Assembly: GCA_905178155.1 (NCBI GenBank)
Contig: CAJINV010000002.1
Coordinates: 6,850,743-6,914,742 of the forward strand
Origin: Amoebophrya sp. A120
Lineage: Eukaryota > Protista > Dinoflagellata
Direction: 5' to 3'
DNA length: 64,000 bases
The translations under genes were made by a program, and so were the position numbers. This document shows, piece by piece, positions 35,686 to 47,889 of the stretch (within the stretch, counting starts at the first letter, position 1; each line of letters opens with the position of its first letter). Below the pieces are notes generated by a model, which worked only from the letters and a program-made list of their open reading frames with translations, had not been told where the DNA came from and did not search any database.

Positions 35686-37660
35686 CATTTTATTTTCAGA
35701 CTGCACCACGGATAAACGTACCTAATACATAGTAATACATCAACGACCAGCACTAGTATGCTAGGAAACTACTAACAAACTGATCAATACTACTTAAGTA
35801 GATACCTCTCTAGTTGTTCTGACTTGAGATTCATCAAGAGAAAGTATGGCACAAACAAATTATGTAAGTCTAACGGTAACGATATAATTCTAGAAAAAAA
35901 GCTAAGCGGGCGGCGCTTAAAGTAAGTGTTTTTTGAGGAATTGTGTATGAAGGAGCAGGCAAAGTCCCCGTCCCCGATCATGCTCTATGGAATTTGAGAA
36001 TTTTTGAAAAGAGATAGACGAATGGACTCGTCGTTAATGTCAACGCATAAGCAGCTTTATTGATTTCTTTCAAGTTCTTGCCAACCACCCACTCTACTCA
36101 GGAACTCAAATAGCACGCATAACAGTCACCCGCTCGCGTTTGAAGCGAGGAGCACACGATTGTTTTTTTCAAAATTACTTGTTTTTTTTTTCATTGTAGC
36201 AAGTTTTTTTTTCAACAGAAGCAAGTACAGCAACCGTTTCGTATAAGTTGGTTCAAGCTGTATGTAGTGCACCAGTCTCGGAAAACGAGCGAAGAAGCGA
36301 CGCAAAAACCCTGGTAAAATGACGCAGACAGCGAAGCAATGTGAGTTAAGAATGGCGTTTGGGTTTGCCCTTGTCACTATTTCATCACCGCCTTTTTTTG
36401 GTTACTGGCGGCGCAGCACTCGCGGTGCAATTTCAACGTCTGGGGGGTCCTCGTTGTGCTACGGTGGGTAAGTAAGCAGGCACTTGGTTGACGGATCCAT
36501 TTGTTTCTTTGATGGTCAATGGAATCGCGTCTCGACAGCTCAGTCGGTTTATTTGCTCGTAGCCTGTAGTACATCTACCTCCTTGCAGCTTGTACCCTTG
36601 AAGAAATCATGTTTTGAATCCAGTGCCGGGTCATCTGGGAACGCTACGACTCACACTCAATATGATCGGTTGACGTCATCATGCTCATCCATGCTCCTCA
36701 TGTTTGTATTGTCATCGGTCGAAGTACTAGGTAATCGGTGTAGATCAGTATTGATTTCTCCTACTTTGATGGTGACGTTGTATGATGGGGCTTATTTGAT
36801 GAAGTTTAAGTCGCTGGCTCATCTCTTCGGTTTGCTTCCCCGTCAGGGCAACGTCGGTCGCTAGCCGACATTTTACGATACTAGCAGTATCAAGTTGGTC
36901 TTTGCTCCTGTGCAAAGAGATGCAAGATTTTATCAAATCGCTCACTAACAAGTAGACAAGAGGCCTCATCTTACTGAAGATGTACCACAGGACTACAATA
37001 ACCAGAACTACATAAAAGTTAACAGCTCTTAATTATGCCACTTCGTGATTGTCTTGATATTAGACAGCCCAGCCTTATTCATATTCTTTCAGAAGATTAC
37101 CTAGCCTAGCCCTAGCCTAGGCAAATTCTAGAGATAGAGTCGTCAGTAAGCTGTAAGCAGCGAGGACCACCCACGTTGGCTATCATGGCGACCCCACGCA
37201 CCTCATCGATCGACTCGAGCCATCTGACGTCTCTGACAGTGCTCCCGACGGATGTCTTTCTCTTGCAGTCGCTCATCTTGTGCATCGGGGTAGGAAAACG
37301 CAAAACGTTATCACAGCTTTTCGACAAGTTCTTGTAGTTTACAACTTTCCGACCGCTCTCATCTTGGGCATGATGAACGAATAGAAATAAATGCGGTCTG
37401 AGATGAAAAGTATGATCTTATTCAGGTAGCTTCGTCATCCAGGAGCAACATAATGTACTCCGCGCATGTGCAGGAACAGGATGTCGAGCTGAATAAATGC
37501 AAAAAGTTCAATTTTTACGAAGTAATAGTAATCCAATCCTGTAGTAGTTCTCGCACCACGGAGAGCTGCAGCTGCAATAAAATCTTTCGAAAAAATAAGA
37601 TACCGTTTTCTGTTTTGATACGACCGGCCCGGGGACTACCGAACCCGAAGGAGACGAAGT

Positions 37661-38080
37661 ATGAACCTGCTGAATAATGCAAATGCCACAGGAAGACCAC
37701 GTGAAGAGTTGCAGCGTCTTCATCATGATCCCGGAGGAGCACCAGCAGCAGGGGTAGACCGGCTACAAGAAAGCGATGGCATACCAGATCGAAACCCAGC
37801 AAGAAGGTCCTCTTCCAGTATGGTTCAACTAGACCTCGCGACAGCAAGTACAACACTCACCCAGAAGCTTCTGCTCCTCATCGTGCGCTTCCGGAACCTG
37901 TTCGCGTTCTCGTCCGGTATGTGCATCGCCTTAGCGATACAGATGTACTTTTACTACTGTCTGCGAAAGACGGGACCGCCGTTTGGTTTGGTTTATTACG
38001 AGACCGTTTCGCAGTGCTGGGCCCCGGGCGGGGCCTGGTCATGGGTTTCTGGCGGGGAACCAGGGAACGGATGGTATTGA
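37661..38080 (+). CDS. Possible small hypothetical membrane protein (139 aa)
   Basis: ATG-initiated ORF on the same strand as its neighbours, with a hydrophobic segment (LFAFSSGMCIALAIQMYFYYC); no recognisable domain. Confidence 0.35.
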   Translation: MNLLNNANATGRPREELQRLHHDPGGAPAAGVDRLQESDGIPDRNPARRSSSSMVQLDLATASTTLTQKLLLLIVRFRNLFAFSSGMCIALAIQMYFYYCLRKTGPPFGLVYYETVSQCWAPGGAWSWVSGGEPGNGWY

Positions 38081-38883
38081 CGAAAGGTGGTCTAGCTGCG
38101 AGCAGATTGTGAGTGATCGCGTTGTGAACAGCGAGTAGCGCAGAATGTGTTGGTCTACTTGTGTGATAGTTTACGCTCCTGTCCATCCGGTAGAATAGCG
38201 AAGTAAAGCTACTGAAGTGGGCTGTTTCTTTACAGCTGCAAATAATTATTCACTCGCAAGGGACCCACGTACTACTCTGCTTAGTCAACACCAGAAATAG
38301 GAGGTTGGATTTGGGAGGCTTTCGTAAACATGGATACTAGTTAGTACAACGAAGAAACGGCAGGTTCCTTCATGCACCAAGTTGGACAACATCAACAGAT
38401 TTTTAACACAACAAAGTAAAACGCTGCCTCTGCAGGTGGACAACTATGAGCACGACAATCTGCTCGCTCCTCTGAGTTTTTGAACAGAATTTTCTTTTGG
38501 CGCATCGCCTTTGGTGGCACATTTGGACTTTTTGAAACAAGACAAAATCTACTTGACATAGAGCTTCAGATGAAGAGCAGCATAGGCCCGTTTCGTTCCA
38601 CGATCGGACACAGCCGAAAGTTGAGCATTGTTCGTTCCATGCGTCGTGTTTTCGTATTCTTAGGCTCAGATGAATAATGACCGCACTGGTTGCTTCTTGT
38701 CGTACTAGTTTTGGGATTTGTAATTGTACTCCTTCTCAGTCAAGACGAAGACGAACATATTTCACGACCAGACAGCTCGTTGCATCTGGTACGATCCATG
38801 TGGATTGCGATAGGGCCGCTTTCGACACGGATGCCGGTGGAAGCAGACTAAAGAAAACTGAAAGTAAGTTCTCCTAAGTCTAA

Positions 38884-41766
38884 ATGGAGAAAATAATGAC
38901 GGAGGTCGATGAAGAGTCTCTTTCTTCTACCTTCCCGGATTCGTCCTCTTCCCTTGGCTACGGTGATGTGAGTTATGGACCGCGGTCCTCCGAAGATGTT
39001 GCGCACGACTTGTTACGGACGGTTCTGATATTCGGCCTCACCGTCGGCAGCGCGCTGCTCCAGCAACCCTTCCTCTTCAAGCGAGCTTTTCGGGAGCTCT
39101 CGCTTTTCTACACACAGCATGTTGGTCCCGTAGCTGTGCCAACAGGACGAGGAGCATTAAAGGACGTCGCGTCATCTACTGTGGCGCATGATGAAGATCA
39201 TCTTCCGGATGCTGCAAAAGGGAGGAATTCTTTTTGTGAACGAGCTGCAGGTCGTGGATCAAGAACCACTACGAACTTTCTCCTCTTACTCGGCATCGGC
39301 TGCGAGTTGGCCGTGATAACTCTGTTACCCTTGAGCTTGGCTTCGGCGCTGCTTGTGACGGTGCAGTTTGTGGTGCTACTGAAGTTGCAAGCCGTGACGG
39401 CGGGGGCTGTCGTGGATGAAAAAAATCCTCCGATGAAGCTTTTGCGCGCAAGTAGGTGTCACCAGCTCTGCACCAACGCGGCGGCGGTGATAGTGTGCTT
39501 TGTCGTGTTGGATTTTTGCCTACTGTCTGGGAATGGAACCAGTCGCAGCTTTGCAGGAGTTGCGAGAAATAGTGGTAGACTAACAACAGGAGCCAGAGTC
39601 TTCACTACGACAAATAGAATCACTTGTTTGCTGTTCGCCATTGGGAGCTTGGTGCTGGGAAAATACTGCTGCAAAGTTGTTGCCGAAGAGGAGGAGGCGG
39701 CGAGGGTGGGAGGTTCTACTTTTCTTGCAACAGTACAACTACACAGTAGCGCCACGCATTCGGCCGATGACCAGGCGCTGCTCGGCAAGATTCGCGTTTT
39801 GCTTCTCCCCTTTTTCTTTACAGTGCCGATTCTGATTGGTTTGAAATGCGTCCCGGCACTGCTGTTCCATTTCGACAGCCAGAACTACAGTGGGCACCAT
39901 CACTTAGGGAGGAAAACCGGGCGCGACGACGTGGATCCGAAAATTTTTTTTGCAAGGGCGCGCAAGCGGTTGTTTTCGGACGGTCATAGCTCTTTCCTTT
40001 TTTTCCCCTTGACTCATCGTCTTCACGTCCAACCTTCGCCGTCATCGTCCTGTGATGTTGGTGGTCCTTCTATGAAAGTGCAAGCAGACACGTTCTGCCC
40101 ATCACTGTCCATCATGCCTTGCCCCTCTTGGCAAGAGTGGAACTCCCTCTGGTTGTCCCTCACCATCCGTCGGAAGCGGGTGTTCGGAAGCGGGCCCGGC
40201 CGGAAGATTTGGGGGGACTTGTGTTCGGGCGGGACGGCCCGGTCCGGGCCGGGGCCAGATCCGGGCCAAATTTTCACGCCGTCCCCCGCCTACATTCCAA
40301 CAAAATCCCTGTCAAATCTGGCCCAAATCCGGGACGGCCGGAAATTCCCGGAAATTCCCCCGGTTTGGCCCAGGATTTGCCCCCTTCCGGGGGGCCAATC
40401 GGCGCGAAATCCCCGGCAAATCCGGTTCAAATTTTCACGCCGTCCGCCGCTTACATTCCAACACAATCCCTTTCAAATCTGGCCGATTTCTGGCGAATAT
40501 CCCGGGAAAATATCTGGCCCCCAGAAATGTCCCGGATTTGTCCCGGATCCGGGAAAATCCGGGATGGGCCCCAAACGTTCGGACGGGGGCTCGGGCCCGG
40601 GCGCCCGGGGCCGGCAGCACCCCTGTGGGGGCGGGGCGCGCGCGGGGCGGCGCGCTTGACCAGCAGCCGGCGGCGCAAACGGCGGGATGGGGTCCGCGGC
40701 CGAGGCGGCCACCACTGTGAGGCAGCTCAGCCAGGTGGCGCAAGTGCTTCCGCTACTTGTGGGCGCGAGTTGTTAGTCGTGTTGTGGGTGTTGCCTGCAG
40801 GGGCCCCCGGCCATCGCAACAATGCAGGGCAATGGGTACGCCTTTGAGCGGGAATTCGCACAGTTGTTGCGCTTTCTGAATGCAAAGAGTTGACATGAGC
40901 AGCCCGGGGGCTGATACCGACCAAAAGCAACCACTCCCGTGCTCTTGCAAAAAAAATTTTCGGATCCACGTCGTCGCGCCCGGTTTTCCTCCCTAAATCA
41001 CGACCAGCACCAGCAGTCTCACGACGTTTATTCTTTCTTCTCCATCTCCCTCTTCGCCCTCCTTTACTTCGTCGCCCGCCAAGAGCAGCAGGGCTGCCTC
41101 TCCAACGCACTTGCTCGCTGCGGCGGACCGTTGGTGACTCTGCATTATGGCATCGGGACGGTTTTGGTTTCGTTAGTTCTCGGCCGCTTGCTGTTTCTGG
41201 ACTCCCTGTTTTATACCGCGCCTGTGGACAATCTGAGTCCACGAAGACCACCCCACGAAGGCATTTTAATTCTGAAGCACGTGGTGCCCATCCTTCTCGC
41301 GGTTTTTTTCTGTCTCATCCCGGTGGCAATCAGTAACGCGGAGACGTCCGTGGGCGGCACGAGCAGTAGCATAACAACTACCTCTGGTGCAGAACAAGTG
41401 AATACGAACGGCGACATGGAAAGCGAGGTGCTGGGGAATAGCTACGCGTCGAAAAGAAAAGTAGAAGCAGAAGGTGAGCTAGTAGGTGCTGGGAACATCA
41501 GCGGAGAGGATTATATCGACGAAGACGATATTTTGGAGTCGGCAGGAACCGCGGTCATTGGCGACGAGCAGGGGCAGGACGCAAGCAGAACGCAGCACAT
41601 AGAGCAGAAATACAAAGGCGACGAGGTCCTCGCGCCGGTACAACAGATCAATGATGAGTTTGATCTTTTGGGTATTGAGGTACCGAGAAACGTGGATCTG
41701 TTACAGGATCTTGACGAAAATATTAACGCCGACCAAGCTCGTGGTCCTGTCGTAAAGGCAATGTAG
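38884..41766 (+). CDS. Multi-pass membrane protein, NIPA/DMT Mg2+-transporter-like (~594 aa; exons 38884-39903, 41002-41766)
   Basis: About 9 hydrophobic segments. LGIGCELAVITLLPLSLASALLVTVQFVV and QQGCLSNALARCGGPLVTLHYGIGTVLVSLVLGRLLF resemble NIPA-family motifs by eye. The frame is restored by removing the 39904-40996 element plus one DR. Confidence 0.65.
39904..40996. mobile_element. 1093-bp TIR element (TT...AA ends) with GC-rich internal repeats, inside the NIPA-like CDS
   Basis: ~53-bp perfect TIR ttagggaggaaaaccgggcgcgacgacgtggatccgaaaattttttttgcaag, imperfect to ~80 bp; DR atcac/atcac; join HHHDQHQQ. Confidence 0.95.
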
Positions 41767-42401
41767 TGACGTGGAGCTATGAATAACTCGATGAAGCGAA
41801 GTGCTATTCCTTTTCCTGAAGAATTAACTAGAAGATCAGAACCACGGTGACGGATGAAATTAGAAAAGTAGAGCCTTCCTCTACGAATAGGCTACCGGGC
41901 CGTTATTAGATAGAATCCGCCCTGCTCCTGACCGTCGCGTGTCAGAAGGCCCTGTTGTAGTTGTTATACGAACAACTCCTACGCGTAGGCGTACGCCGCC
42001 GATCAGACGAGCGCGAGCGCGTTATTTCTCCTGGTCGGCATCGTCCGCATGTTGACCCGCGCAAGAAGAACCAGTCCTTTGAGCAGTCGTGCTGCCCCTG
42101 CGCCGGACGAAGAAGTGAAAGTGTATTTTCTGGGAGATGTTGGAGAGACCAGCACCAGTGGGATTGGTCACAGACAGGTTGCTGGTGGATCCTGCGAGCA
42201 GACGAGCGCAGGCTATGAACGGGAAGCAAATAAAAAATTGAGAGTTGTGATTTCGATTTCCGCTTGATGAATGAGAGTAAAGCAAAAAAGTCAAGGAGGA
42301 GGACTGGCTAGAAACAGAAAGCCTATTAACTTTCGTCATCAAGTGTGACCCTACTGACTCGGATTCGGAGAGTACTAGAAAAGCGACACTCTTAACACAA
42401 G

Positions 42402-45400
42402 ATGGAGGCCGCCAAAGCCCGCACGGCGGCGGCCTTCGGTGCGGCCCGGGGCTTCCAGAAGATGTTTTTTTCTGCTTCGTTGCCGACCTTTTTCTTCTGG
42501 TCGTTTGTTTTCTACATCTTTGCGGGCACCTGGTGCATGATCAGCATGCCGGCGCTGAAGGCGTACCTGTGCGGCATACCGGCCGAGGACACCAAATTGC
42601 ACCGCACCTACATGCCGGACGCCATGAAGCCTGGGCTGGGGTGTCCCAACTGCACGGACTTGATATTGACCTGTGGGAAGTCGGACTGCGTGCAGGCGGC
42701 GTTCCAGCGGAGTTACGTGTACGAAGTCGTCGTAAACTTAGTTCGCCATCAACATCGTGCGTCCTACAATTTTGCTGCTGAAGATACATTCTGTGACTTA
42801 TTTCAGTCTGCCTGTCCTCTTCTAGTCCTAGAAGTACAAGTTGTATGAAGAGCGCTCCGTTCTTGTAGCCAGAAAAGCAATCATCTAAAATCAACCGGAA
42901 ATAACCGAGATTCACCAACACTGTACCATCTCAGCCTCTACGGAAGCGCCGCGCCCTTGAACACCAGTCATATTCTCGGCGACTCCATGATCAAAGACAC
43001 GTTGCAAGAAACCGTGCTCGACGCTATCCAGGATACCGAGTGCAACACCGCGGTGACGTCTGGAACGACTGTCCACGGCATCACCTTGGACGCCATCGCG
43101 AAGCGCGCAGCGGCGGCCGCTGCCAACAACGCGGACGGGCTGACGGCCAAGTGCGTGAAAGTCATGTGCCAGAATTTGTACTCGTTGTTCGTCACGAACA
43201 ATTATGCAATGCAAAAGTATCTTACTAGTATAGATTGCATTACAAATTCCCCAGCATTACAAATTGAATATGTAATGCTGATTTACCTTGAGAAAGAGAT
43301 TTGTAATGCATAAAATGCAATTACTACGAGTACGATACTTTTGCACAGGATAAAAATGCCTCTGGCACGCCGGAACCGACCACCACCGCGATCTCAGAGT
43401 GTACGGCGGAAGCGGTGTGGAGTCTCGCGAGCGCGAAGACCATGCTGGACGCCTGCGACCAGTTTTCAGACTACAAGGCGGTTCTGTCGGGGCACGCGTA
43501 CGAGCGCATCATCGCCACGAAAAACACCTGCATGCAGCCGGCCATTGACAACGCCAAAACGGCGTTCGCGGCCGAGTACGCGGCGATTATCGACATTAGT
43601 GGGGCGGCGGGGAGCACCGCGGTTACGGATCGGAACACCTGTTTCGGTCTGCTCAGTGCGGCGAACGACTTGGTGACTTTAGTCAAGAATATCAAGGAGG
43701 CGAGGATTTCGGTACAGTGTGAGAAGAAGTTGCGCATTTTCAATGATTATGATTTTTTTTTCGTCTTTCTCTTAAACTTGAACTTCTACGACTTCTGCGG
43801 TATAATCACGCCTGATGAAGCGATGTCCTATTATAATTTTGATTTCCAGAATGAACAAGTAGACAATGACAATTCCAGCCCGCCGGCAATTTCGACAACG
43901 GCAATGTCTGCGGGCGTTTTTTCTGCAACGCCTTGTACAATGCCGGCACGTTTCCGAATCAAGCCACGCCCCCTGCGACCGTCGTCACAGCCTGCACCTA
44001 CACCGGTGCTTCCTCCGCGGGGTTCGCGATCAAAGATATTTTGGCCACTTTAATTCAGGGCCCGGGCACCGGGGATACCTACGACGCGATGGACATCCCG
44101 ACGTATTGCAACGAAGCCAGCGGCGGCGTAATTGGTATTTCGGACTTCCGAAGTCTGCTGACGGAATTTCAGGCGCAGTACACAGCGAATTTGGGAAATC
44201 CAAGAAGGGAGTTAATTGGGGCATCAACTACTACGGGAGCAGGAGGTGGCGGAAGTGCAAAAGTAGATGAAGCAGACGAAAGTGTTGGAGGGAGATTATT
44301 TGCGGACGAAGTAGGTCAACAAGGTCATCATGCTGATGCAACAAGCAAAGCTTCAACATCATCTTCGTCTACCACCAGCGAAAGCGAGAGCGGGGGCCCC
44401 GCCGCCGCGGCCCTAGGTGGCAAGTCTAACCACGCAGCAGCTGCTGAAACTGAGAAATTCGTTCAAGAACTGATCCAAGACCATAAGCTGAACAGCGTAA
44501 TCCTGCTGCACGAAGAGGATGTGAATACGAAGAAAAGTGAGTCGGATAGTAAAAACAGTAAGTCAATAACATCCTGCGGCAGGGCACCAGCATCTTCGCT
44601 AAAAAATATTGACAAGAAGACAAGCCAGCATCCTTCACTTCCGTACAAGGAGAAAATCGTGCTGGTGGAAGATCTTTTCATCCCCGAAAGTTTCAGGGAA
44701 GAAGAAAAACGATCCATCAAGCACAAGCTGGAACAATATGCGTCGGAGAACCAGGCGGAGAGAATAAGACGGAAAAGAGCTGCGGATTTGGCAGCGGCGG
44801 TTGATGCTGAGAAAGACGGTCGCACAACAGCTACACAAGAGTTTGGCGCGGCCGGTAGTACCGATAGCGGCACCACGACATCACCTTCCTCGCAGGCACA
44901 CCTTCGATTCTCTGTTTCCTCGCTTGTTCCAGAGCTTCTTAGCACTTTTTTCGCACGGGTTTTGCCGATACCTGTAGTAGAACTACTGGGCAGCACAAGC
45001 AGAAGTGTTTCACCTGAGGACGACGGAGCTGTAGAGAATGCGTCTACGACGTCCTCTGAAGATCTCTTTGTCCAGACTGTCATCAAGACAATACCAAACC
45101 TGTACGCTTGGATGTACTTGCAACACGACCCGATATTCGGGGACTATAATAGAGGGGCACCAACATCTTCGTCCACCGCAAATAATCTTCCCTCATCCGC
45201 AGTTTCTACATCACGACCCATAAACGTACATCCTCTTCAAATTAGCACGCCGCCCTTTGTGCTGGAGTTAGAAGCTTCGATCTCTTCAGATCCAGGTCGT
45301 TCCACCGTCGACGTCCAAGATAGCCCACATGATCTAGTCGACTCACCCGCCGCGCCACTAGCCACAAGCTACAGCTCTCGTTTTGGGGCCATCGGCGACT

Positions 45401-46698
45401 TGAACTCCGACGAGGATTTGCGCACTAGTGAGACAAAAGACGCGACCATTCCGAGTCAGCGCGAAGTTCTTGCGATGCATCGAGTAGAGAAGACATCCGC
45501 GGCAAAGGACACGGATTCAACGCGACAACCGCCTGGCGGGCGACCACATCAACGAAAAGACCTTTCAAGGAGAAATGAGTACCCTACTGCTTCCCCCGCA
45601 GAAGGTCATAGACCAACGAACCAAGAGGAGCCTCCTGATGCGCTTACAACTCCGCCGCCTCCGCCTCCAATAATAGTCGACGCAGGATACGATGCAGCAG
45701 AGCAGGAGCAGCTATACTACGAGAGAAGAAACAAAAGGAATCGCAACAGAAATCGGCAACTCCAGTCAAATGACGACCTGGACGACTATGAAGAGGGCGA
45801 CTGGTCGTTGTGCAATTGCTACACCATGTGCATGCCCGGCTTGCAGACGCGAAAGGTCGACTGCTACGCCAGCGCCTGCGCAGAACCAAAGCCGGCAACC
45901 AAGCAGGCCTGCGAGTGCACGCACTGCGCGGATTGTCAAGTTCTGCTCAACCTGCTCATCATCGCAATCTTCTACTTCATCCAGGTATGTTACTAGATGT
46001 TGATGTAGTACATAAGACATCGACCTTGTCTTTGAAGATTTTCTTTCTCGCTCGAACTAAAGCTTGCTTGCGTGCAGCTACATCGAAAAAATCGCATTCG
46101 CATTGCCTTTACGAGCTGGTGCGGTTTTAGTTGCTGAGTACAGAAACTGAAACAGAAACTCTCATCTTCATTCAATTTCTACAACTATCAGGGCGGCATC
46201 GCGTTTGTCGTGTGGCTCGGATTTCTCTACTGGTCCAGCAAAACGCAGGATGACCTCGTCGGCCTCAACATTTGCCAGAAATGCCTGGCGATCATGTGCA
46301 AGAAGCTTCCGACCTTCGTCCGGATCTTGACCTTTATCCAGGAAAAAACACCCATCCCCATGCATTTTTTGCATGACAAACAAAGGAGTTTATGCATGTT
46401 TTGCATGACAAATTGGATGGGGATGGGTGTTTTTTCCTGGATAACCCTGATCATGTTCTTCCAGCTGTGCTTCCTTGCCACCCAAGCCTTCGCGCCGTAC
46501 GACATGCTCGCGTGGCAGATGGATTGCAAGTTTCCGGATATGTGGGTCACGGCGGGCGTGATCTCGATTGTTTGGATTTTCCAATTGATGCTGGGCATGA
46601 TGGCGAAATTGATGATCGTATTGCCGCCTTATCTGTTCACCCCAATAAGCAGGAACACTGGATTTCTGGTCAAATTGCTGAGAAGTTTAGGACCGTAA
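42402..46698 (+). CDS. Cys-rich multi-pass membrane protein with a thrombospondin type-1 (TSP1) repeat (~1,145 aa; exons 42402-42718, 42935-43202, 43358-43711, 43879-45984, 46192-46334, 46449-46698)
   Basis: N-terminal TM segment; GDWSLCNCYTMCMPGLQTRKVDC...C..PKPATKQAC fits the TSP1 pattern; ~3 C-terminal TM segments; exon sum 3438 nt is divisible by 3. Confidence 0.72.
42719..42934 (+). other. Canonical GT-AG intron (predicted)
   Basis: gtacga...catctcag; join SYVLYGS is in frame. Confidence 0.6.
43203..43352. mobile_element. Introner family C
   Basis: tatgcaatgcaaaagtatc...gatacttttgcacaggata; DR acaat/aaaat. Confidence 0.92.
43712..43878 (+). other. Canonical GT-AG intron (predicted)
   Basis: gtacag...aattccag; join ARISPAGNFD links two ORF frames. 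Confidence 0.7.
45985..46191 (+). other. Canonical GT-AG intron (predicted)
   Basis: cag|gtatgt...ctatcag|; join FIQGGIAFVVW continues a TM helix. Confidence 0.8.
46335..46443. mobile_element. Introner family E (inverted interior)
   Basis: Family E TIR; DR acctt/accct; 114 nt, read-through is open. Confidence 0.94.
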
Positions 46699-47889
46699 AA
46701 ATATTCGTGCTGTTACTTTTTTTTTCCCGCTCGCGATTTATCACCAGCTGAGGGTTGATGAGATTGAGTTTGAGCGTTTTGGTTCTGCTGAGTTGAAGCA
46801 TTGTTTTGAAGAATGTTTGTAGCTAGAGCTTCGCTTTTTATTTCCTAATCGAGGTCGCCAACCTCGATTACGATTTGGCTGGCTTTTTAGGAGGAACTTT
46901 CCCCCGAACCCGCTGAACAGGACCCCGCAGAGTTACTTGAGTAGTGTCGTTAACGAACAATAGAGAGCCTGCTCCTACGCTTAGAAAGCTGACACGATAT
47001 GAAAACTTCCTGCATATTGCTGGACGACCATCTCCGACTTGCTTCTTCAAGGTGAGAGCCTCGCTGTAGCCGTATTGAAGACAAATGTAGTCCCGAGAAA
47101 TAAGAATGAATACAACAATGCAACGGATTCAGTACTTCTCATGATGAGCCAGGGATACTTGTTTGGTACCCTTCGCGCAACACAATTTTCGAGCTCGAAA
47201 AAATGTTGTGCTAGAGAGTTTGTCGCCGCCCTAGCGTGCAGCTGACATAGTATCATGCAACTGAGCGTGGCGAACAATTATGCAGACCACGCATCGGTTT
47301 ATGTAGCTGCTCTCGCGGCACGGACAACGAGCGAAAGCGAGCTACTAATTCTGGTGATAACAAATTCGATCTCTGGAGCTGCATCTCGTCGTACAGCAAA
47401 TCGACATCATCAAAGAACATTCGAGTCGCCAGCACGAAAAGACCTACTTACTTTGATACTTCATGATGATTCTGTGACCGTTTATCGCCGCTTAATTTTT
47501 GGCGGAGTTTTTATCGCAAAGAAAAACTTCGGCGCTGATGCAAGACATTCAGGACGCTTGTCGCGGAGAGAAGTGGTAGCATATTACTTTTGAGCAGAAA
47601 AATACATTACATCTATGCAGCATTTTCACTGTTTGTCTTTGCCCAATAACATGTTCGTGTTGCTTCTTTACTCATATAGGAGTAGAGCGAAGATCGCATC
47701 GAGCCAAGGACTCGCAGCTGCTCTTTGTGAATGTTATTCACTGAACAAGACGAGGCACCCGGACAATACTAGAGGATGGGTAGATTGACGCAAGGTGGAC
47801 TTGTTCAAACATTAATAAGTACATTGGTAACGACTTTGAGTTTATAGTCTTCATTCCAAAAATTTCATCCAACGAGAATAAACTCTAAA

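Noticed and set aside
35700-37600. Genes or RNA genes in this intergenic stretch (likewise 46700-47880 and 58270-59800)
   Set aside because: Only short ORFs with no recognisable product; no tRNA, rRNA or spliced-leader sequence seen by eye
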